Positions 24,072 through 32,000 of a DNA stretch of 32,000 nt are shown one piece after another. Within the stretch, counting starts at the first letter, position 1; every line of letters starts with the position of its first letter. The DNA is from Bacillus subtilis subsp. subtilis str. 168 (GTDB lineage: Bacteria > Bacillota > Bacilli > Bacillales > Bacillaceae): assembly GCF_000009045.1 (NCBI RefSeq), contig NC_000964.3, positions 1,620,001 to 1,652,000 of the forward strand, read 5' to 3'. Under the pieces are notes generated by a model, which had not been told where the DNA came from, did not search any database, and worked only from the letters and a program-made list of their open reading frames with translations. A program made the position numbers and the translations under genes.

Positions 24072-26485
24072 ATTTTGCAGAAGTCATCGTTGATGTCAGC
24101 ACCAAAAATATAGACAGGCCTTTTGATTATAAAATCCCAGACCATCTGAAGGGCATGATCAAAACGGGGATGCGGGTCATTGTTCCGTTTGGCCCCCGTA
24201 AGATTCAAGGGTTTGTGACAGCAGTCAAAGAAGCATCTGACCTATCGGGAAAATCTGTCAAGGAAGTAGAGGATTTATTAGATCTTACACCTGTTCTGAC
24301 AGAGGAGCTTATGATTCTGTCATCATGGCTGTCAGACAAAACGCTGTCTTTTAAAATAACGGCGCTTCAAGCAATGCTGCCTGCCGCCTTAAAGGCGAAA
24401 TATGAAAAAGAATTAAAAATTGCACACGGAGCCGATCTTCCGCCGCAAGTGGAACGGCTGTTTTCTGAAACAAAGACGCTGCTGTATTCAGATATACCCG
24501 ATCATGAGACGCTGAAACTGATTCAAAGGCATGTTCAAAAAGGGGACATTGACGTGACGTATAAAGTCGCGCAAAAAACCAATAAAAAAATGGTCAGGCA
24601 TATTCAGGCAAATGCGAGTAAAGAAGAGCTTGCTAAGCAGGCTGAGGGATTGTCCCGCCAAGCAGCAAAACAGCAGGCGATTCTTCACTTTCTCATCTCT
24701 GAGCCGGAAGGTGTGAAAATTCCTGCGGCGGAATTGTGCAAAAAAACGGACACGAGCTCTGCAACCATCAAAACCCTTATCCAAAAAGGGCTTTTGAAGG
24801 AAAGCTATGAAGAGGTTTACAGAGATCCCTATCAGGACAAAATGTTCAAAAAAACAGAGCCCCTGCCGCTGACAGACGAACAGAGGGCTGCCTTCGAGCC
24901 CATACGCGAGACATTGGACAGCGATGAGCATAAAGTGTTCCTCCTTCACGGCGTGACAGGAAGCGGAAAAACCGAAATTTATCTGCAATCAATTGAAAAA
25001 GTACTGGCGAAAGGAAAAGAAGCCATCGTCCTCGTACCGGAAATATCGCTGACGCCGCAAATGGTCAACCGCTTCAAGGGCCGCTTCGGCTCCCAGGTGG
25101 CAGTCATGCACAGCGGTTTATCCACAGGAGAAAAATATGACGAGTGGCGTAAAATCCACCGGAAGGAAGTACGGCTTGTCGTCGGTGCCAGATCCGCCAT
25201 TTTTGCTCCGTTTGAAAATCTCGGAATGATAATCATCGATGAAGAGCACGAGTCTTCCTATAAACAGGAAGAAATGCCGCGCTATCATGCGAAAGAGGTG
25301 GCAATCAAGCGGGCTGAGCATCACAGCTGCCCGGTTGTATTAGGGAGTGCTACGCCGACATTAGAATCATATGCTAGAGCGCAAAAGGGCGTATACGAGC
25401 TTCTTTCACTGAAGCACCGTGTTAACCATCGGGTGATGCCCGAGGTTTCGCTTGTCGATATGAGAGAGGAGCTTAGAAACGGCAATCGCTCGATGTTTTC
25501 AGTTGAATTGATGGAAAAGCTTGAAGAAACGATTGCCAAGGGTGAGCAGGCGGTGCTGTTTTTAAATAAGAGGGGCTACTCTTCCTTTGTGATGTGCAGG
25601 GATTGCGGCTATGTCCCGCAATGCCCGCACTGCGACATTTCCATGACGTATCATCGTTACGGCCAAAGGCTGAAATGCCATTATTGCGGACATGAAGAGC
25701 CTGTTCCGCACACTTGTCCTGAATGCGCAAGCGAGCATATCCGCTTTTTCGGAACGGGAACACAGCGAGTGGAGGAAGAGCTGACAAAAGTGCTGCCAAG
25801 TGCGAGAGTGATTCGGATGGATGTTGACACGACATCACGGAAAGGCGCCCATGAAAAATTACTGTCAGCTTTCGGAGAAGGAAAAGCGGATATTCTTCTC
25901 GGAACGCAAATGATCGCGAAAGGGCTTGATTTTCCGAATGTCACGCTTGTCGGAGTGTTAAGTGCTGATACAACACTTCATATTCCTGATTTCAGATCGG
26001 CTGAAAAAACATTTCAGCTGTTAACGCAAGTCAGCGGCCGGGCAGGCAGGCATGAAAAGCCCGGCCATGTCATCATTCAAACGTATACACCGTCTCATTA
26101 CAGTATCCAGCTGACGAAAACACACGATTATGAAACGTTCTATCAGCATGAAATGGCGCACAGGAGAGAGCAATCCTATCCGCCATACTACTATTTGGCT
26201 CTTGTGACTGTTTCTCATGAGGAAGTGGCGAAAGCAGCGGTTACAGCTGAAAAAATCGCTCATTTTTTGAAAGCAAACTGCGGAGCTGACACGAAAATTC
26301 TCGGACCAAGCGCGTCGCCGATAGCCAGGATCAAAGATAGATATCGCTATCAATGCGTGATAAAATACAAACAGGAAACCCAGTTATCCGCTTTATTGAA
26401 GAAGATACTGGAACATTATAAACGCGAAATTGAACAAAAACATGTAATGATTTCAATTGATATGAATCCTTATATGATGATGTAA
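24068..26485 (+). CDS. priA: Primosomal protein N' (replication restart helicase)
   Basis: 805 aa; Walker A GVTGSGKTEIY, DEEH box, and Zn-binding cysteines (CRDCGYVPQCPHCD...CHYCGHEEPVPHTCPEC). Confidence 0.96.
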   Translation: MNFAEVIVDVSTKNIDRPFDYKIPDHLKGMIKTGMRVIVPFGPRKIQGFVTAVKEASDLSGKSVKEVEDLLDLTPVLTEELMILSSWLSDKTLSFKITALQAMLPAALKAKYEKELKIAHGADLPPQVERLFSETKTLLYSDIPDHETLKLIQRHVQKGDIDVTYKVAQKTNKKMVRHIQANASKEELAKQAEGLSRQAAKQQAILHFLISEPEGVKIPAAELCKKTDTSSATIKTLIQKGLLKESYEEVYRDPYQDKMFKKTEPLPLTDEQRAAFEPIRETLDSDEHKVFLLHGVTGSGKTEIYLQSIEKVLAKGKEAIVLVPEISLTPQMVNRFKGRFGSQVAVMHSGLSTGEKYDEWRKIHRKEVRLVVGARSAIFAPFENLGMIIIDEEHESSYKQEEMPRYHAKEVAIKRAEHHSCPVVLGSATPTLESYARAQKGVYELLSLKHRVNHRVMPEVSLVDMREELRNGNRSMFSVELMEKLEETIAKGEQAVLFLNKRGYSSFVMCRDCGYVPQCPHCDISMTYHRYGQRLKCHYCGHEEPVPHTCPECASEHIRFFGTGTQRVEEELTKVLPSARVIRMDVDTTSRKGAHEKLLSAFGEGKADILLGTQMIAKGLDFPNVTLVGVLSADTTLHIPDFRSAEKTFQLLTQVSGRAGRHEKPGHVIIQTYTPSHYSIQLTKTHDYETFYQHEMAHRREQSYPPYYYLALVTVSHEEVAKAAVTAEKIAHFLKANCGADTKILGPSASPIARIKDRYRYQCVIKYKQETQLSALLKKILEHYKREIEQKHVMISIDMNPYMMM

Positions 26486-26511
26486 GATCTCACGTCTTGG
26501 AGGGTAACAAA

Positions 26512-26994
26512 TTGGCAGTAAAAAAGGTCGTCACACATCCTGCGGAGGTTTTGGAAACACCTGCGGAAACCGTGACTGTTTTTGATAAAAAGCTAAAAAA
26601 ACTGCTTGATGATATGTACGACACCATGCTTGAAATGGATGGTGTCGGACTGGCAGCGCCGCAAATCGGCATTTTAAAAAGAGCGGCCGTCGTAGAAATC
26701 GGGGATGACAGAGGGAGAATTGATCTCGTTAATCCTGAAATTTTAGAAAAAAGCGGCGAGCAAACCGGAATTGAAGGATGCTTGAGCTTTCCTAACGTCT
26801 ATGGTGATGTCACACGTGCCGATTATGTCAAAGTGCGTGCGTTTAACCGTCAGGGAAAACCGTTCATTCTGGAAGCGCGAGGCTTTTTAGCAAGAGCCGT
26901 GCAGCATGAAATGGACCACTTAGACGGTGTGCTGTTTACATCTAAAATAAGTAAATACTATACAGAAGATGAACTAGCGGATATGGAAGGATGA
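26512..26994 (+). CDS. def: Peptide deformylase
   Basis: 160 aa; [32 protein letters not shown] start at 26512 with ggaggg upstream. Confidence 0.95.
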   Translation: MAVKKVVTHPAEVLETPAETVTVFDKKLKKLLDDMYDTMLEMDGVGLAAPQIGILKRAAVVEIGDDRGRIDLVNPEILEKSGEQTGIEGCLSFPNVYGDVTRADYVKVRAFNRQGKPFILEARGFLARAVQHEMDHLDGVLFTSKISKYYTEDELADMEG

Positions 26995-26998
26995 TTTG

Positions 26999-27952
26999 AT
27001 GACGAGAATCGTATTTATGGGAACGCCGGATTTTTCAGTTCCTGTTTTAAGAACCCTGATAGAGGACGGATATGAAGTAGTGGGGGTCGTCACACAGCCG
27101 GACCGTCCGAAGGGCAGAAAAAAAGTACTGACACCTCCTCCGGTAAAGGAAGAGGCATTGCGCCACGGCATCCCGGTTCTTCAGCCGGAAAAAGTCAGAT
27201 TGACAGAAGAAATTGAAAAAGTGCTGGCATTAAAGCCTGACCTGATTGTAACGGCGGCATTCGGACAAATTTTGCCTAAAGAGCTTCTCGACAGTCCAAA
27301 ATACGGCTGCATTAACGTTCACGCATCCCTTTTGCCGGAACTGCGCGGCGGTGCTCCGATCCATTATTCCATTCTGCAGGGAAAGAAGAAAACCGGGATT
27401 ACCATTATGTATATGGTAGAAAAATTGGATGCGGGCGATATGATCTCAAAAGTGGAAGTGGACATTGAAGAAACCGACAATGTCGGAACACTGCACGATA
27501 AATTAAGCGTTGCTGGCGCGAAGCTATTGTCTGAAACGGTTCCAAACGTTATTGCCGGCAGCATATCACCTGAAAAGCAGGATGAAGAGAAAGCGACGTA
27601 CGCGCCTAACATTAAAAGAGAGCAAGAGCTGCTCGACTGGTCCAGAACGGGCGAAGAGCTTTACAACCAGATCCGCGGCTTAAATCCATGGCCTGTTGCT
27701 TATACGACTCTAAACGGACAAAACTTGAAAATATGGGCGTCGAAAAAAATAGCGGCACCAACAACAGCTGAGCCCGGCACAGTCGTTGCAGTTGAAAAGG
27801 AAGGAATTATCGTTGCCACAGGTAACGAGACGGCTCTGTTATTAACCGAACTCCAGCCGGCAGGCAAAAAACGAATGAAAGGCGAAGACTTTGTGCGAGG
27901 CGCTCATGTTGAAGCCGGTGATGTGTTAGGAGTAAACAATGAAAAAAACTAG
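26999..27952 (+). CDS. fmt: Methionyl-tRNA formyltransferase
   Basis: 317 aa from [17 protein letters not shown]; [18 protein letters not shown]. Confidence 0.96.
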   Translation: MTRIVFMGTPDFSVPVLRTLIEDGYEVVGVVTQPDRPKGRKKVLTPPPVKEEALRHGIPVLQPEKVRLTEEIEKVLALKPDLIVTAAFGQILPKELLDSPKYGCINVHASLLPELRGGAPIHYSILQGKKKTGITIMYMVEKLDAGDMISKVEVDIEETDNVGTLHDKLSVAGAKLLSETVPNVIAGSISPEKQDEEKATYAPNIKREQELLDWSRTGEELYNQIRGLNPWPVAYTTLNGQNLKIWASKKIAAPTTAEPGTVVAVEKEGIIVATGNETALLLTELQPAGKKRMKGEDFVRGAHVEAGDVLGVNNEKN

Positions 27953-29282
27953 TGTTCGTGACATCGCCCTTGAGGCGCTGATCAAATTAGAACAAAACCA
28001 GGCATACAGCAACCTGCTGCTGAAATCGGTCATTAAATCAAATGAACTGAGTGATCAGAACAGAGGGCTTTTGACTGAACTTGTCTATGGTACATTACAA
28101 AATAAGATCGCGCTTGATTATATGCTTAAACCGTTTATCAATAAGCCTCAAAAGGTAAAGCCGTGGGTGATTCAGCTTCTTCGCCTATCCTTATATCAAA
28201 TGGAGTATTTGGAGAAGATTCCAGACAGGGCAGCCATTCATGAAGCGGTTGAGATTGCTAAAATCCGCGGACACAAAGGCATTGCTTCATTTGTCAACGG
28301 CGTGCTCCGTTCTATTCAGCGCGAAGGTGTTCCATCCTTTGACGCGATCGAAGATCCTGTCCGCCGGCTGGCGACAGAAACAAGCCATCCGGAATGGCTT
28401 GTGAAAGAGTGGGCGGATGCGTATGGATTTGAAGCTGCGGAAAAGATTTGCCGCATCCATCTCATTCCGCCGAAACAGACGCTGCGTGTCAATCAAATGA
28501 AAGCAGACAGAGCTGAGCTGCTTGACCAAATGGCTGCTGAGGGAATCGAAGTTGAAAAAGGCGACCTCGCTGAAGATGCTGTGAAGCTCTTAAAGGGAAC
28601 AATTGCCGGAACTCATTTCTTCCAAAACGGCGAAGTTTCTATCCAGGATGAGAGCTCCATGCTCGTCGCCCGCGCCCTTGATCCTAAGTCAGATGAAACA
28701 GTGCTTGACGCGTGTGCGGCGCCTGGCGGAAAGTCGGCTCATATCGCAGAATTAATGAAGAACAAGGGGAGCGTTACGTCGCTTGATCTTCACAAACATA
28801 AAGTGAAGCTGATCAAAGAAGCGGCAGATCGGCTTGGCCTGACAATCATTCATGCGGAAACAATGGATGCTAGAAAAGCGGGGGAAACGTTTGAAAACGA
28901 ACAGTTTGACCGAATATTGGTCGATGCCCCGTGCTCAGGTTTCGGTGTTATCAGAAGAAAGCCGGACATGAAATACACGAAAAAACCTGACGACAGCGCC
29001 CGTCTAGCTGAAATCCAGCTGTCGATCTTGAGGGAAATCGCACCATTAGTAAAAAAAGGTGGCACTCTTGTCTACAGTACGTGTACAATGGACCGGACAG
29101 AAAATGATGAAGTAATACATGCGTTTATACAAGAACATCCTGATTTTGAACCCGATTTGTCTCTTGAAAAGCGGCTGCCTGAAAAGGTGAGACCCTTTGT
29201 TCGGGATGGAAGGCTTCAAATCCTTCCTCATTATTTCGGAACAGATGGTTTCTTTATTTGCAGCATGAGAAAGAAGGGATAA
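27939..29282 (+). CDS. rsmB: 16S rRNA (cytosine-967-C5) methyltransferase (RsmB/Sun family)
   Basis: 447 aa; N-terminal NusB-like domain; [33 protein letters not shown] (yloM). Confidence 0.93.
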   Translation: MKKTSVRDIALEALIKLEQNQAYSNLLLKSVIKSNELSDQNRGLLTELVYGTLQNKIALDYMLKPFINKPQKVKPWVIQLLRLSLYQMEYLEKIPDRAAIHEAVEIAKIRGHKGIASFVNGVLRSIQREGVPSFDAIEDPVRRLATETSHPEWLVKEWADAYGFEAAEKICRIHLIPPKQTLRVNQMKADRAELLDQMAAEGIEVEKGDLAEDAVKLLKGTIAGTHFFQNGEVSIQDESSMLVARALDPKSDETVLDACAAPGGKSAHIAELMKNKGSVTSLDLHKHKVKLIKEAADRLGLTIIHAETMDARKAGETFENEQFDRILVDAPCSGFGVIRRKPDMKYTKKPDDSARLAEIQLSILREIAPLVKKGGTLVYSTCTMDRTENDEVIHAFIQEHPDFEPDLSLEKRLPEKVRPFVRDGRLQILPHYFGTDGFFICSMRKKG

Positions 29283-29285
29283 GCA

Positions 29286-30377
29286 ATGGCAGAACTTAAT
29301 AAAACAAAAGTAAGAAAAGAATTGCGGACAGAGCGTCCGTCTATTTATTCTTTTGAATTAGATGAAATCAAACAATGGCTGACAGACAATGGAGAGAAAC
29401 CGTTCCGTGCAGCCCAGATCTTTGAATGGCTATATGAAAAACGCGTATCTTCTTTTGAAGATATGACAAACCTCTCAAAGGATCTGCGTGAGAAATTAAA
29501 CACTCGCTTTGTGTTAACAACGCTGAAAACGGCTGTTAAACAAACCTCTCAAGACGGTACGATGAAGTTTTTGTTTGAGCTTCATGACGGTTATACCATC
29601 GAAACCGTTTTAATGAGACACGAGTATGGCAATTCTGTATGTGTAACGACACAAGTCGGCTGCCGTATTGGCTGCACATTCTGCGCGTCAACGCTTGGAG
29701 GCTTAAAACGAAACCTTGAAGCAGGGGAAATTGTCGCTCAAGTAGTCAAAGTGCAAAAAGCTCTTGATGAAACGGATGAACGCGTCAGCTCTGTCGTGAT
29801 CATGGGAATCGGCGAACCTTTTGATAACTTTAACGAAATGCTCGCTTTCTTGAAAATCATTAACCATGACAAGGGCCTGAATATCGGTGCTCGCCATATT
29901 ACGGTCTCTACGAGTGGAATCATCCCGAAAATTTACGAATTTGCTGATCAGCAAATGCAGATTAACTTTGCAATTTCTCTGCACGCGCCGAACACAGAAA
30001 TCAGAAGCCGTTTGATGCCGATTAACAGAGCATATAAACTGCCTGATCTAATGGAAGCCGTTAAATATTATATTAATAAAACAGGACGCCGTATCAGCTT
30101 TGAATACGGGCTGTTCGGAGGCGTAAACGACCAGGTGGAACACGCCGAAGAGCTTGCCGACTTGCTGGAAGGAGTCAAATGCCACGTGAACTTGATTCCG
30201 GTAAACTACGTGCCTGAACGGGACTATGTGCGCACACCGCGTGATCAGATTTTTGCTTTTGAAAAAACGCTGAAATCCCGCGGAGTAAATGTCACAATCC
30301 GAAGAGAGCAAGGACATGACATTGACGCAGCCTGCGGTCAGCTTCGCGCGAAGGAGCGTCAAGACGAGACGAGGTGA
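29286..30377 (+). CDS. rlmN: Dual-specificity 23S rRNA/tRNA adenine-C2 methyltransferase, radical SAM
   Basis: 363 aa; [15 protein letters not shown] (CxxxCxxC), [17 protein letters not shown] (yloN). Confidence 0.95.
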   Translation: MAELNKTKVRKELRTERPSIYSFELDEIKQWLTDNGEKPFRAAQIFEWLYEKRVSSFEDMTNLSKDLREKLNTRFVLTTLKTAVKQTSQDGTMKFLFELHDGYTIETVLMRHEYGNSVCVTTQVGCRIGCTFCASTLGGLKRNLEAGEIVAQVVKVQKALDETDERVSSVVIMGIGEPFDNFNEMLAFLKIINHDKGLNIGARHITVSTSGIIPKIYEFADQQMQINFAISLHAPNTEIRSRLMPINRAYKLPDLMEAVKYYINKTGRRISFEYGLFGGVNDQVEHAEELADLLEGVKCHVNLIPVNYVPERDYVRTPRDQIFAFEKTLKSRGVNVTIRREQGHDIDAACGQLRAKERQDETR

Positions 30378-30383
30378 TGAGGG

Positions 30384-31148
30384 TTGTTAACAGCCTTAAA
30401 AACAGATACAGGAAAAATCCGCCAGCATAATGAAGATGATGCGGGGATATTCAAGGGGAAAGATGAATTTATATTAGCGGTTGTCGCTGATGGCATGGGC
30501 GGCCATCTTGCTGGAGATGTTGCGAGCAAGATGGCTGTGAAAGCCATGGGGGAGAAATGGAATGAAGCAGAGACGATTCCAACTGCGCCCTCGGAATGTG
30601 AAAAATGGCTCATTGAACAGATTCTATCGGTAAACAGCAAAATATACGATCACGCTCAAGCCCACGAAGAATGCCAAGGCATGGGGACGACGATTGTATG
30701 TGCACTTTTTACGGGGAAAACGGTTTCTGTTGCCCATATCGGAGACAGCAGATGCTATTTGCTTCAGGACGATGATTTCGTTCAAGTGACAGAAGACCAT
30801 TCGCTTGTAAATGAACTGGTTCGCACTGGAGAGATTTCCAGAGAAGACGCTGAACATCATCCGCGAAAAAATGTGTTGACGAAGGCGCTTGGAACAGACC
30901 AGTTAGTCAGTATTGACACCCGTTCCTTTGATATAGAACCCGGAGACAAACTGCTTCTATGTTCTGACGGACTGACAAATAAAGTGGAAGGCACTGAGTT
31001 AAAAGACATCCTGCAAAGCGATTCAGCTCCTCAGGAAAAAGTAAACCTGCTTGTGGACAAAGCCAATCAGAATGGCGGAGAAGACAACATTACAGCAGTT
31101 TTGCTTGAGCTTGCTTTACAAGTTGAAGAGGGTGAAGATCAGTGCTAA
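30384..31148 (+). CDS. prpC: PP2C-type serine/threonine protein phosphatase
   Basis: 254 aa; [47 protein letters not shown] start with gaggtgatgaggg. Confidence 0.96.
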
Positions 31149-32000
31149 TCGGCAAGCGGATCAGCGGGCGTTACCAAATTCTCCGCGTCATAGGCGGCGG
31201 GGGAATGGCCAACGTGTATTTAGCTGAGGATATCATTCTAGACCGTGAAGTCGCAATTAAAATCCTGCGGTTTGACTATGCAAATGACAATGAATTTATC
31301 AGACGTTTCCGCAGAGAAGCCCAATCCGCATCAAGCCTCGATCACCCGAATATTGTCAGCATTTATGATTTGGGCGAGGAAGATGATATTTATTATATTG
31401 TCATGGAATACGTTGAAGGCATGACGCTTAAAGAATACATAACAGCAAATGGGCCGCTTCACCCTAAAGAAGCGCTGAACATCATGGAGCAAATTGTCTC
31501 AGCCATCGCTCATGCCCATCAAAACCAGATTGTTCACAGAGACATCAAGCCGCATAACATTTTGATTGATCATATGGGAAATATCAAAGTAACGGATTTT
31601 GGAATTGCGACGGCACTAAGTTCGACCACAATCACCCATACCAATTCAGTTCTGGGCTCGGTCCATTACTTATCACCTGAACAGGCCCGGGGCGGCTTAG
31701 CCACAAAAAAATCGGATATTTATGCGCTTGGAATCGTTCTATTTGAGCTTTTAACCGGCCGTATTCCGTTTGATGGAGAGTCAGCAGTCAGCATCGCCTT
31801 GAAGCATCTTCAAGCGGAAACTCCTTCGGCAAAAAGGTGGAATCCATCGGTCCCCCAAAGCGTTGAAAACATCATACTCAAGGCAACTGCCAAAGATCCT
31901 TTTCATCGCTACGAAACGGCTGAAGACATGGAAGCAGACATAAAAACAGCTTTTGATGCCGACAGACTCAATGAAAAGAGATTTACGATTCAAGAAGATG
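31142..32000 (+). CDS. prkC: Eukaryotic-like Ser/Thr protein kinase PrkC, N-terminal part; 3' truncated by window edge
   Basis: GTG start overlaps the prpC end. Translation [56 protein letters not shown]...[30 protein letters not shown]...[11 protein letters not shown] is a complete Hanks-type kinase core. Absent from the ORF track because no stop occurs before base 32000. Confidence 0.95.

Noticed and set aside
24488-24988. 166-aa - strand ORF antisense to priA
   Set aside because: Lies completely within the conserved priA coding region, with no SD or domain. It looks like a shadow ORF.

Overview
This window is a gene-dense stretch of core chromosome from a Bacillus subtilis-group bacterium. 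I base that on recognising the protein sequences and gene order, not on a database search. On the + strand it starts with the 3' end of the uracil permease gene (pyrP) and the rest of the pyrimidine operon (pyrB-pyrC-pyrAA-pyrAB-pyrK-pyrD-pyrF-pyrE), with a PyrR-type attenuator before pyrB. Next comes a SAM-I (S-box) riboswitch and the sulfate assimilation/siroheme operon (cysH-cysP-sat-cysC-sumT-sirB-sirC). After that are rqcH (yloA, the only convincing - strand gene), the Ca2+-type P-ATPase yloB, yloC, remA, gmk, rpoZ, coaBC, priA, def, fmt, rsmB, rlmN, prpC and the 5' part of prkC. The window edge truncates prkC, so it is missing from the supplied ORF track. I found no mobile element, CRISPR array, rRNA/tRNA, defence island or clearly new multi-gene system. 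The items most worth a second look are small: a Cys-rich 26-codon ORF in the cysC-sumT gap of the sulfur operon, nested palindromes between divergent rqcH and yloB, a structured leader before remA, extra leader structure between the SAM riboswitch terminator and cysH, and several start codons that differ from the ORF track.
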